From Chrysomallon squamiferum (Eukaryota > Animalia > Mollusca), in NCBI GenBank assembly GCA_012295275.1, contig CM022671.1, forward strand, positions 32,984,001 to 33,048,000: DNA of 64,000 nt, written 5' to 3'. Shown here piece by piece: positions 13,310 through 26,669 of this stretch. Numbering within the stretch: the first letter of the stretch is position 1; every line of letters starts with the position of its first letter. The notes under the pieces are model-generated. The model saw only the letters and a program-made list of their open reading frames with translations. It had not been told where the DNA came from and ran no database searches. A program made the translations under genes and the position numbers.

Positions 13310-16300
13310 CATTCATTTTAGTGTGTATAAAAATGTGTATGTAGGCCCCAAAAATTCAGTATACAATTAATATTTATTGCTATATTATTGTAATTTGCAT
13401 GATGCTGTATCAAATATTTTGTGTGTGTCATCCAGATGTTTTATTATTTTTTATATAGCTTCCATGTCTGCCAATTAAAGTAGGCAAGTGAATTTTAATT
13501 TTTAAGAATTTTACTTATTTTTTTGTTTTAAATAGATAATCTAATTTACTGTGAACGACTTTACACAGAAATACACGAATGAAATAATACAAATTAAAGT
13601 TCATTCTTATGATTTTTATTACAGTGTGACTAAAAATTATTTCAAACTTTTCAGAGTAATTTAGTGAAATACAGAGTATATTTTCTGGTGTAAATTAATG
13701 TGTCCTTCATAAATAACAAATATCATAAATTTCAGTTACTTCACTCTCAGAGTAATATTTTCAGCTGAACTTGAATTCAAATTGATTTTAAAAATAAAAG
13801 AAAACCTAAAACTAAATTATAGATACCACTCTTCAAAACCTGTTTTTTAAAGATATTTTATTTATAAACTGTGGAGAATTTATTTTTAGGTACTCCATCT
13901 ATTTATATAATGTGTTACATTCATTTTATTTTTACATTTAGACTTTGAAAAACCAGAATCTTTAAGGTTGTTGAGAGTATTTCTGACAGAGAAAGAATAC
14001 AGACAGATAAGTGTCAGAAGAACAAAGTCAGTGAAGAAAAAGAACACTGGTGCATCTTGTGCTAGTCACTTTGATAGTGACATCTTTCTTCAGGATGGAT
14101 TGAATCTTACAACATTACCCACAGTTCATTGCAGCACAGCTTCTGCCATGGAAACATCTTTTGATTTCTCAAAATATCAAGATTCAGCACCTTTGCCTTG
14201 TGAATCTGTCTCAACAATGACTGAAAGTAATAACGGTAAAAATGAGATCTGCAAAGATGGTGAAATGCAGACATCTGACCGTGAGAATCTGCCAAGTGCT
14301 TCTTCTGTTAAGGTCAGTTCTTCAGAAGGAAATAGTTGTAAGACTGTGAATGTTTTTGATGAATCCTTGATAAATCAGCCTAGATTAGAACAGTGTCACA
14401 ACAAGCCCCTAAATATACACAAGAACGAACCACCTTCAAATGAAATAACATCTTCTGTGGTACATTCTAAACCTGAAACCTATGACAAAAATTTTAAATC
14501 ATTAAGAATTGAAGTATCTGGAACAGAGAAAAACAAAAAAATCATGGAATTGTCTTCTGATAAGTCTAGTGTTGAAAAATGTCATGAACCACACCCAGAA
14601 CATTTTAAAGTTCACCATGTGGGTTCTGCTACAGCATCTAAAAGTAGTGTTGAGAACAGTTTAAATAGTGGTAGTAAAGAAAACACAGGAAATGAACAAG
14701 GTGCCAATGATAGGACAGACAATACATATTGTTCAGAAACACAGGGAGACAAAGTGAAGATAGAGAAAGAACATGCTTCAAAATCACAAAATGTTAGGGA
14801 CAGTAGAGTCAGTAAACATGGTTCAGATTCAGAAGACAATACAAACAGTAAGCATGGTTCAGATAAACAGGACTATACAAAGAGTGAATGTGGTTCAGAA
14901 TCACGAGACGACAGTGCAAACAGTAAACATGGTTCAAATACACAGGAAAATGATAATAAAAACAGTAAACATAGTTCAGATTCACAAGACAAAAACAATA
15001 CAAATAATGAACATGGTTCAGATACACAAGACTGTCATAATACAAAAAGTAAACTTGGTTCAGATACACAGAAGAATGATAGTACAAACAGTAAACATGA
15101 TTCAGATACACAAAACAGTGACAATACAAACAGTAAACATGAGTCAGATACACAAGACATTGACAATACAAACAGTAAACATGGGTCAGATACACAAAAC
15201 AGTGACAATACAAACAGTAAACATGGATCAGGTACACAAGATAATGACAACATACATAGTAAAGCAGGTGCCAGTGAGAGCAGAAGTGAACTGAAGCCTC
15301 AAACAGATAATGTTCCTGGTGAATGTATGGTTTCTCCACCATTAACGGTTGTTGATCACATGTACCATGGTCTGATTGCATCTGGTAGTATGTCATCTTA
15401 TTCTCATTCATCAAAGGATAACTCCTTTGAAGCCTTAAGTCCTGAAAGTCTTACTTCCACATCAGAAGAGAAAACATCTTCACACAAAGAAAGTTTTCAT
15501 TTTTCACAATCATCTGATGTTTCAGCAACACCAGTTCAACCTGCAGGTTCATCTAGTGAAGGGGAAAAAATATTTCCAGTATTGTCAGGTGACATTCCTC
15601 ATAGATCAAACAGTTACAGGATCAAGACAAATGAAGAAGAATGGAACCCTGCAGCAGAAGGACTTGTTGACCTTGTTCTGTATGTACAAGGTCATTCCAA
15701 CATGCTACTGCTGCTCCTGCTAGACAATGGGTGTACATGTGACAAAATTCTAATCCGCAAACTGGTAAGTAATTATTACTTAATGATTGAATATATTCTA
15801 ATAACATTTACATTTTATTATTACAAAATATCAGATGTAGGGCATGAGATTTCTTGTAGTGCAATGTAATGAGAGGAATCTTATTGGAACTAATATATTT
15901 CAATTATTGTTGAAACCAAAATTCTAAATCATTCTATAACTATTATTGATTCAATAAAATAATTTTTCAGTTGAAATTTGCTTTGCCTAACTTAGCAGAA
16001 CTGGATTTCCAGGTAAAAGACTTTGACCAACAACCTCAGAATGAAGCACAGGTAAATGTGAGTTCAGTAGAAAACATTTAGAGTTATTTTATTTAACAAG
16101 TATACACAAGCTGTCTTATTTCAAATTTAGTTTGAAGTTTTGAGACAGTCATAATGTATAATAATGTTCATGTTTTGTTTCATATTATGTGTTGGTTACT
16201 GTTATTTTCAGTTATCACCAACTGGAAATTATCACAAATTAAAGTCAGCATAGCTTGCTGTTGTAATAATGACCTAGATATATTTCCATTGTTGTAAGCT

Positions 16301-17815
16301 AGACAGAGAAACCAAAACATTAAGAACATTAAATTGAAAATATACTCAGGATATGAAATGTTTAACTATCTGTGGTATTAGATACATGAAAACAAATTTA
16401 TACATGTGCATCAATGTGTATTGATATAATAAATGACCAATGGTATTAGTATGAATTGGTTGAACAGTTTATGTATACATATAACAACACAGATTTTTGT
16501 ATTATAATACAGCTGCATTGTTGAGACACAGCTGTATGTAACTGTTGTTTTTCTTCTTCTGCTTTTTGTTCACTTATTGACTACATGTCAAGGTCAGCAG
16601 TGACTATGAACAAAACTGTTCTCTGCAGATCACTTCTTGTGCCATACAGCTTCTTCTGGAGAGTTGCTGTAGTTGCCCAGGTAGTCTCCCTTGGTTCTAT
16701 AGATGTTTATACAGTTTTGGAATTATTGTTTTCATTTCTTATTGTTTAATATTTCATCTTTTCTTTTAAAATATTTTTCAGACTCACAGAAAAAACTACT
16801 CTTTTTTGAGAAATGATCCATTTTCTAAAATTATGACAGGTAAATCTGTAGTTGAATGAAAACTTTTAGTCAAACTTTTAGTTTTTCTTTTATATCTTCA
16901 TTATCAATGAATTAATAATGGTCTTTGTTGCCATATCAATGAAACATTCAGGGTTTCTTTTTTTTATTAACATCATGAGTAACTAGAATTAAGAGAATTG
17001 CAGTTTATGATATGATTATTCAAATAACTGCACTATGATAATAGTATGTTTTCAGATGCATGTAAAACAGTTCACTTACAAATGTACAAAATGATTTAGG
17101 GTTCTGATATCACTGCATGTACACAAAGTTTACTAAAACCTACCCTGCTATATTTTTTGTTTACAGGTAATGTGATGGATTCTGTAACTGGAACATGTCA
17201 TGAGTTTGTCGACACAGCAACAAAGATTCATGAACATTTTGAAGAATTAGATACAATGACTGAGGCTACATTCTGGTATTAACATGTTCTGCTAGTTGAT
17301 TTAATGACTGTTTACTTTTCTTTTCTTTTTTCTTTATTATTTTTTTATTATTACTATAATTATTATTATTTTTTTTTTTCTGGAGGGTTTTATATGTAAT
17401 ACTTACTGTATATTAACTGACACCTTAACTTTAAAATAAATAACTTCTTATAAAAGTAGCACTGATTTTAATTATATATTTTAAAGATTTAGATATGCAG
17501 CAATTTTTACAGTGTTGCTGCTTATGTTGCTCCTGTAGTTGGTTAATAAATTTCTTAGCTCTCATGAATTTAAAAAAATAAAAAAATGCTGATAAGACCC
17601 AGTTTCATTAGATTGATCAATTTTTATTTTATTTTTTCAGTTCTCATAAGGCAGCTGTCTATGGTCATAGGTCGGTGAACCAGGAAACATTTTTTCAGCT
17701 GAACAATCCCAAACAGCCACCTGGCAGGTACCCCACCTCCAAGGATGAAAGCTTCACCCTGGACACCACAGCCAGGAAAAAACTTCAGACTGACCATGAT
17801 ATTTCTTTGTTGTAG
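9171..17815 (+). CDS. HPS4: Hermansky-Pudlak syndrome 4 protein (BLOC-3 subunit), 13 coding exons
   Basis: Exons 9171-9187, 9522-9603, 10164-10310, 10712-10819, 12007-12135, 12533-12630, 12958-13027, 13459-13483, 13942-15764, 15971-16051, 16782-16839, 17167-17275, 17641-17815. Longin-like N-terminus FIFDHTVLKREEDDLKDAILYF, FLHASHILQ...LGGALVYDSKVICTQL, C-terminal AVYG...QETFFQL...ARKKL...ISLL*, as in the HPS4 family. Confidence 0.88.
10446..10521. repeat. (CT)n microsatellite
   Basis: Uninterrupted CT dinucleotide run in HPS4 intron 3. Confidence 0.95.
14805..15270 (+). repeat. Coding tandem repeat in HPS4, about 42-bp unit (NTNSKHGSDTQNSD), roughly 11 copies
   Basis: Recurrent AACAGTAAACATGGTTCAGATACACAA within the 1.8-kb exon; frame stays open throughout. 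Confidence 0.9.
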
Positions 17816-17962
17816 TCTATAACAGAAATAAAATAATAAAAAACTGGGGTTGAAGTTTTTTGTGAGGCCATGTCAAAATAATATTTGAATCACATATGAA
17901 AAAATATATTGTCGTTACTGGTATTATTAATATTTTTGAGCATTATTACTTAAATTATTGAC

Positions 17963-18008
<46 letters not shown>

Positions 18009-18084
18009 TTAATTTCATAATCATATCTTTAATTAATCTCAATGCCATCATCACATCATAGTCATGGTCATTGTTGTTGTTACA

Positions 18085-18135
<51 letters not shown>

Positions 18136-18881
18136 TCATTATTTTATCTTTTATCAATAGCTATTTCTGGATTGAAACCAGTTCTTCACAACTGTAATGT
18201 CATAATTTGAAAGTCTGAAAGATTATTTTCTGAATGTAAAAATCTGTATATAATACAACAAAACCTCACAAATAGTAAATTAGTCAGAGTCACTGCAATT
18301 ATACATTTCTTTTTGTGATACCATTAGCAAAACAAATGTTTGACTTTTAATAATTAAAAGTATATCATGAAAAGTCACTGAATATATCTTCATTTTAAAA
18401 AGCAGTATTAATAATTTAGGCATAAAGTTTGTAACAGTCTTTAATGTTATTTTTTAACATGTCCAGGTCTATTTATGACAATAAACATAACTTTTATTAC
18501 TCAACTAGTCTTGTATTTACTATTACTATAGCATTTGTTCTTAGCATTTTCAGATACTATTATTTTGTGATTTCAGAACAGTATTGTTTGTTGAGTAAGA
18601 AAAATAAAGTGCTAAAATCTGAATTTGCTGGTTTTTTTTTTTTTTAACTTGTATTGTAATTTTATTTTTTCCCTGAACTTGCTAAAAAAATAAAATAAAA
18701 ATATAATTTAATATATATAATTATATGAAACATTTGCAAAACTTTATGACTACTGTTTTTAAATGATAAATTATTAAATATGCTTTGGATTTTCTAAATT
18801 GTTATTATTATATATATTTTATAAAATTAATATAATAACCTATAAGAAATCTTCAGTAGCAGTAAAAAAAAATGTCTATGA

Positions 18882-18922
<41 letters not shown>

Positions 18923-19260
18923 GAGTGTGTGTGTTTGTATGATACTAATGTTATATAACCAAATTAAAAGAATTTCATTTATTCTTTAACTCGGTAATAA
19001 CCGGTATTTCATTACCCATTCGGCATTCGCCATTGTTCTTTTAATTTCATTATTATTATTTGTTTTCTTTCGTTTATTTATTTTTTTATTATATTTAATT
19101 AATTTATTTATTATTGTTATTAACTAAAAAACAATAAATAAATAAATAAAGGATTTATTAATTTATTCCCTCGGTCAATTGAATTATTGTTTTTCGTTTC
19201 GCCTCAGAAACGTCCCTAATTTTAAATTACCGCGGTTTAAAGTCACGTGATAAAAGCAAC

Positions 19261-22200
19261 ATGGCTTTCTGCTGTGCAAGTAAGTTTCAACAATTCTTTT
19301 CCATTGTACTTTGTCACATGCTTTTAAATATGATAATAAAAGGTGATAGATTTGTAAAAAGTTACCTGCATCTGAGGAATTAAAGTATTTATGTATTAAA
19401 ATATTTTTATATTGTTATATTGTTTTAAAACGTAATGCCATGTGAATTGTTCATAGTATCAAGTATGAATTCTAAAATATGGGAGATAATTCTAGCTTCA
19501 AATTATTTTCTTTTTATCGCAGTTTCATGTTATTTATTACACATTACAAATGGTTCCGGTATATACCATGAAGAGTTTCTCAGTTTTGTATGTAACAGTA
19601 AATTAGGGTAAAATACAGCAGAAAAACGGAGATTATTAAATTTAATAGTCGTACAACTAAGTACTAGTGTCGGTGGTTTTACAGTACACTGTACAGTACC
19701 GTGAGTACGCTGTACAGTGTACTGACTTACTACTCTACTGCTACAAGTATTAATCAAGTAATAATCTAAATGTACTTGGCCCTACCCATCATTATTTTCA
19801 TGTTATTATTGTATTCAGCATATGAAAGCATAATGATCATAATAATGTTTTTAAAATTAACCTAAAAGATTTTGTATCCATTTAGGTTCCTTTAATTAAT
19901 AGTATTAACTATTATTATTTATTATTCGGTTTTCCTGAATGAATGTTTTACATGTCACCAAATTTAAGATGATTAAGTGGTTAAATATTTCTTCTTTCTC
20001 CAGTCAGTAATGAAGTGCCTGAACATCCTGTTCTCTCTCCAGTCTCAGGACATGTTTATGAGAAGAGACTCATTGAGAAATTCATACAAGAAAATGGGAT
20101 GGATCCAATGAATTCAGAAAAGCTGTCAGTAGACATGCTAATTGACATCAAAAGTATGATTTCTAACATCTCTGTTGAAGTGTTTATTTGTCAAATGTAA
20201 ATTTGTATATTATACCTCAAGAGTTCCTTAAGAATGAAAAGATTAAATTGGGAATTATAGAGAATTATAGCTATAAATTAATGCTACATTTGTCATCATG
20301 AACTTAATATTTCAGAATTTTGGTGCTCAAACATTTATTTTAGGCAGATTAAACATGCAAGTTAATAAAGTTTTTCCATGAGTGCAATGGGCCACAAAAA
20401 ACTAAGAGACTTTGTGTTCAATTAATTTATGTATTAACTGTGATTGTTCTTGTAACCAACTTAGTTCATTCCACTGATATTATTTCAGGTTCCCCACTTG
20501 TCAAACCTAAGCCACCTTCTGCGACCAGCATTCCAGCTATTCTGAAGTCACTACAGGATGAATGGGTCAGTCATACTTGAGCAGAAATATTAAATCTGAT
20601 TAGATTACATTTATTAACAGCAGTCTCTATTTTAGTGGTAAAGCTGAGGAGTCACATGTTACAAGCTACTTCATTTCTGATTCAGTCATAGAGATAATTA
20701 GGAATAACATTTCATTACAGTTTAGTAATTAACTGTTAATATTTGATTGAACTTGTTTAAACACATTTTTATTTTTTTTTTATTTTTTATACTTGATGAT
20801 GCCTATATTATTAATAATTTATTGTATAACAACAGAGAGGTACCTACCTCTTTTTTTTTTCTTCAGGATGCTGTTATGCTGCACAGTTTTACTTTACGTC
20901 AGCAATTGCAAACTGCCAGACAAGGTGAGTTAAAAATGGGTTCTCAATAGAGAAAAATATGCACTTTTATTTTTTAAACCACATGCTTTTTTCCTTTTTT
21001 GTTTTTTTTGCTGTTTTAAAAAAAAAAGTTATTGTAAATATCTAATAATAAATTTTGTTTTAATAATGATGTGATTTATTTTTTTGTCTAATTTGTACAT
21101 ATGACTTAAAAACGTAGCATTTTGTTTAATACTGATATTTTTCAGTTGTTGAGGTTTGCTGATTTTCTGTTTGTTTTTTATACTGTTACAAAGTAAGAAA
21201 AAGTTCTTATTGAAGACATTTTAGCTCCCAAACTTTAAATTTTTAAAAAATAATAATGATAATAAACAACTAATGCCTATATGTTTCAGAATTATCTCAT
21301 GCTCTGTATCAGCATGATGCAGCTTGTCGTGTGATTGCTCGTCTTACAAAGGAAGTGACTGCAGCCAGAGAGGGTGAGAAACAGTCTATATCTTATCAAT
21401 TTTAAGAAAGAGAATATGAGTGTTAATAAGAATTCTCTTTATCATCACTGACACATCAGCAGTGTCATTAATGCTAATTTTACATATCATCAGTGATGTT
21501 GTAGTCACACCATTGTCCTTTTCATTACAAATTCTCCAGTTGTATCTAAGCCTGTCATTGTTTTGACCTGTCAGTTCATTATCACTGGCAGATGATTATG
21601 ATATGTTAATCAGTTTAGATTCACCTGTAATATATTATTTCTAGTTTAAAAAAAACAACAAAAAAACAAATTATCACATTCTATCAGGTCGATGAAATAT
21701 CTTATAACCTGCCATTTTATAAATGTTGGAAAATACTGCTATTGTTGCCAAAATATGTTGTCGTTACTATTATTATGTTATCTTCATTTTTAGCTTTGGC
21801 AACACTGAAGCCCCAGGCTGGAATAACTGCCGGAACAGCTGGGTATGCACCTCCAGCACCTGCACCTGTAAGTAAAATACAAAACACCTAAATCAAAGTC
21901 ACCCATTCATGAAGTACTAATAACACTTCAGCTAGATATGCAATAATGTACCCACTGTAATATATTACCAGTGAGTAATTTTTATTCCTTTTGATGGTTG
22001 TATTCAGAAAACATAAACTTTTATTCCTGCAGTAATGAAATATAAGATCAGAAAAAATAATTGTATTTTAATACTGAAATATTTGTGATTGTATTTGTTG
22101 GATGAATTAAAATAAAATCTGAAAAAGTAAAAGTTGATTTATTTGTTTTTAATTCTAGGTGTATGCAGCAGAAGCTGGACCTGAGGCTGCCCAACAACCT

Positions 22201-23485
22201 GTTGAGGAGGCCGGCATGACCGAGGAAGTTGTACAAAAAGTAGGTCATATGTAAAATATATTGAAAATGATATTAAACTCTATAAATCCATCCATACCAG
22301 ATAAATATGTTGTTTATGGATGTCATTAATGTTAAATTTTATTATCTTGAAAATTGTTTACAAAATTGTTTCAGATTTGTTTCATTTAATGAGAAATTGC
22401 TAGTTTATTTTTGAGCAAATAAAAATAAAAATGACTATTTTTAAAATTACTCATGGTCATTAGAAGTGAGATTTGAAATAAAAACTGTGTCTTTAATTTT
22501 TCATATTTAAATATTTTTCTTATTCTGTAGCTTCAAGACAAGGCAACACTGTTGACAGCTGAACGTAAAAAGGTAAATCACAATGCAATAAAAATGTTTA
22601 TTTTCTTGTTAGCTTAAATTGTGTAAATTTTATTCTTATTACTTTTTCTTTTTTCCTGTTTTTTTGTTTTTGTTTTTGTTAAATAAAAGTATTTCTTCTT
22701 ATTAGTTAAAATATTTTATACATAAAGACTATATTGTTATTTTTTTAAATTATTGTTATTATTATTTTATATTTGCACCTGCTTTGTTAAATTAAATTCC
22801 TTTCAGTTTTAAGGTCATTGAGTTCATATATTATTATTCTTTTCTAGACCAGTACATTTTAAAAACAAATTTTATTATTACTCTCTATTATTTCCAACAT
22901 TCAATACCTTCTGGGTTTTTTCAGAGAGGTAAGACTGTACCAGAAGGCCTGGCTATAGTTGAAGATATAAGACAATACAGACAACTGGCTTCACATACTG
23001 TAAGTAAAAAAACACATAAGTTCTATTATAGTTAGGTTATACCTAATATACAATAACATTTTAAAATTACATGATTTTTGAGATATTCATGCTAAACATC
23101 ATTTTTGTATTTCAATTTTAATTCAGTCTATTTTTTTTCAGTTGTTATACTACAAATTGTTAAAAGAACACATTTACAAAAATTATTAATTACAAAAGTA
23201 AATTACCTTTGGGTTATTGATAAAACCATGACTGACATTGGATGACTATCAATATTTTCATATATAAATAGTGATTAATTATAATTTATTTACAGGGATT
23301 ACACAGTGCCAGTATTCCTGGAATTCTTGCTCTTGATCTCTGCATCAGAGACACATCCAGAATTGTCACTGGTTAGTCTCACTTTTATTTCATTTATATG
23401 TATGCATGTGTATTTTTATATCTTTCTTTTTTTCTTCTTCTTTTTTTTTGTCTTTTCTTCTATATCTATATCTATCAGTCTGTCT

Positions 23486-23527
<42 letters not shown>

Positions 23528-26500
23528 AAACATTTTTTAAATTGATTTGAGTGTGTTATTTCCTTTTAGTAATATTTGTTGAAATAATAGTTTGTAATTT
23601 CCAGAGTAAGACATTTATTACAATTTGATAGTTGTTTTTATTATTACTGTTTGAAATTTTAGGAGGGAATGACAAGAATGCTGTAGTCTTCAACAAGGAC
23701 ACTGAGCAGGTTATTGCCATTCTGAAAGGTCATACTAAGAAGGTCACCAGTGTCATCTATCACCCAGAGGAGGTTAGTTATGAGTAAATTCTTTTATTTT
23801 AGTAATGTTTGTATTTATCACATTATTTTGCCAAAATACAGAGAGACAGCTACATGAGCACAGATAAACTTGCATATGCACATGTGTAGACTTATATGTG
23901 CTAATTTTACTACTTTAATTCCTTATGTCTAATGGTTCTAAAATATATATAGTACATACTGTGTGAATAAGTGTATATGCATTTCAGATGTTTGACAGAT
24001 AAAATGACTTGTTTGTTTTAAACTGATAACTGTTAAATTTTCAGGAGCTGGTATTCACGGCATCTCCAGACAACACCATTCGTGTCTGGGGTGTGGCAAC
24101 AGCTCAGTGTGCCCAGGTGATTCGAGCCCACGAGGCTCCTGTCACTGGAATCAGCTTGCACGCAACTGGAGACTATCTGCTCAGTTGTTCTCTAGATACA
24201 GTAAGAATACATACATAGCATTACCTATAAAACTGTATTTAAAACATCAGTGACAGTCATTTTACGTACACTGATACAGATTGTGGTAGTGAATACGTAA
24301 TAGGCCAAACAGAATGGCCATCTCTTTGAAATCAAAATGCTGGCAATTTACAAACATAAATATTAATATAAAATATTGTTTTATCTCTCCATTTTCCTTT
24401 TTCTTGTTACTACTGCAGCTTAGTGTAATTAATAAAGTAAAGGGAAAAATAATATGTAATGAAATATTAAAAACTTTGTTTATTTTTTTTTTAAAGCAAT
24501 GTTTATGTTTAAATCTAGGAAATATTTTGCTACTTCAGTTTTAAAACAAAATAAAACACTGTAACTAGAGCCAGTAACTGACAACAAAACATAAAAAAAT
24601 ATGTTGCAAAACCTAATTAAACAGAAAGCCACTAAAATATTTAAGTTATGGATCAAGTTACTAATATCTTAATAACTCCAAAACATAAAGTATATTTCAG
24701 TAAAATACAAGTTTACATACAACTTTTGTAATATCCACAGATCTGGTTTGTTGATGTATTTACAATAATAATGTTTTTGTTTCTTAATGTTTGCAGAACT
24801 GGGCATTTTCTGATATAAGAACTGGACGTGTTTTAACTAAAGTTGGTGAGACTTCAACACAGTCGGCTGCTGCATTGACCTGTGCACAGTTCCATCCTGA
24901 TGGTCTGATCTTTGGCACTGGCACTGAAGACTCCATCATCAAGATCTGGGATTTGAAAGAACGTACCAATGTAGCAAACTTCCCTGGACATCAGGGTCCC
25001 ATCACTAGCATTTCCTTTTCAGAAAACGGTTAGATACACATACACACATTTTGTTTAATATTTGTTTACACTTTTATTCCAGTTCATGTACTGAGTTACT
25101 ATACCAAAAACAATAGGTTGTATAGAGGAATTAAAAAAAAGATGAATAATCTGAAAATATATTCAAATCCTGGTCGTTTTAGTAAGCCATTGTAAAATTT
25201 TCAGATCATTGATGTTTCAGGTTTTTGTTATTCATTTGTGTCAGTGAAAAAAGTATCACAAAAAAAGAGAAAATGTTGGCTCTGTGTATTGTTAAAAAAG
25301 GCAGCCTGTGAATATAATTAACAGAAAGTACAAAATTTATTTACTCTTGTTGTTTTTATCATCGAAGTCACATTGTAATAATATATCCATTGTTTAATCC
25401 ATATTTATTTTCTGTTACAGGTTATTATTTGGCAACATCTGCTGAAGATTCGGTTGTTAAACTGTGGGATTTGCGTAAACTGAAAAACTTCAGGACAATA
25501 ACCCTGGATGAAAAATATGAGGTGAGACCAGTAACTCAAGAAATTTCTAGTATTTAAAATTCAATTTTGTTCATATTATGTTTAGTGCTTAATAATAATA
25601 GCAGTATAAGAGTTCATCACCTGTTAAATGCTATTTCCAAAAGGTTGGACATTATAAACAGTTAATATTTAAAAAATAGCATTTAATGGTTGTTACTATT
25701 TGTTTTTTGGAGGTTTTTTTTGTTTGTTTGGGGATTTATTTCAAATGCCATTTTTTGGTGCAGGCATGACAAACATATACTTAGAGATTCATTTCATATA
25801 ATGAGTGACTTTTTAAATATAATTTTAGGTGAAGAATTTGTGTTTTGACCAAAGTGGTACTTACTTGGCTGTTGCAGGCACTGATATCAGGTAAAGTTTA
25901 AAACAATCCAAAATGTGAATTTTCTCTGTTAGTTGTTTCACCATTAATTGTGAGTGCTCGATATAAAATAAAGATTTAAACAGTAGCATCAATCATTTAA
26001 AATAAATCATTCTAAATGATGTTACTTAAACAGTGTAATATGCACATTTAAATGTTTTTTTTCATATTTATTTTTTATTTATTCCTGGTGAATGTGTACA
26101 TAATTTTAATTTAATTTTGCCATAGGATAACTCTTCTAAAAACTAAACAGTTTGTTTCCACAACATATTTTTTTCAAAGTTATCCATGTTTCTATTCATT
26201 TTTAGTATTAACAAACAAATACTTCATCACATAGGAGAATAAACCATTTTAGTTTAATCCTCTGTCTTAAATATGCTAATTTTGTAAGTTACAGTTAATC
26301 ATATTATGGAAGAGAATTGAGTGCTTTTTATATTGTCATGAATTTAATATGGGTTAAAGTTCAGTTTTGTAAATAATACTTAAGCATGTCACTTTTTGTA
26401 TTATCATCAATTTAATATGTGTTAGTGTTTTGTTTTGTAACAGTTAAGCATTTCGATACAGTGCTTTTCATATTATCATCTGTTTAGTGTGTGTTAGTAC

Positions 26501-26669
26501 TGTAATAATGGTGTTGTGTTTCAGGGTTTACCTGTGCAAGCAGTGGAGTGAACTCGTCGTCCTAAATGACCACACAGCAGCAGCAACTGGTGTACGCTTT
26601 GGTCACAACGCATCGTTCATCGCATCTGGAAGTATGGATCGATCTCTGAAGTTCTTTGGGATGGCATGA
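19261..26669 (+). CDS. PRPF19: Pre-mRNA-processing factor 19 (U-box, coiled coil, WD40), 16 coding exons
   Basis: Exons 19261-19279, 20004-20153, 20489-20565, 20867-20924, 21290-21373, 21794-21867, 22159-22239, 22531-22572, 22925-22999, 23296-23371, 23663-23772, 24045-24200, 24797-25028, 25421-25521, 25829-25890, 26525-26669; phases compatible. [26 protein letters not shown] (U-box), [55 protein letters not shown]. Confidence 0.97.

Noticed and set aside
14107-15807. Alternative-frame and antisense ORFs over the large HPS4 exon
   Set aside because: By-products of the 42-bp coding repeat; no independent splice signals or recognisable domains.
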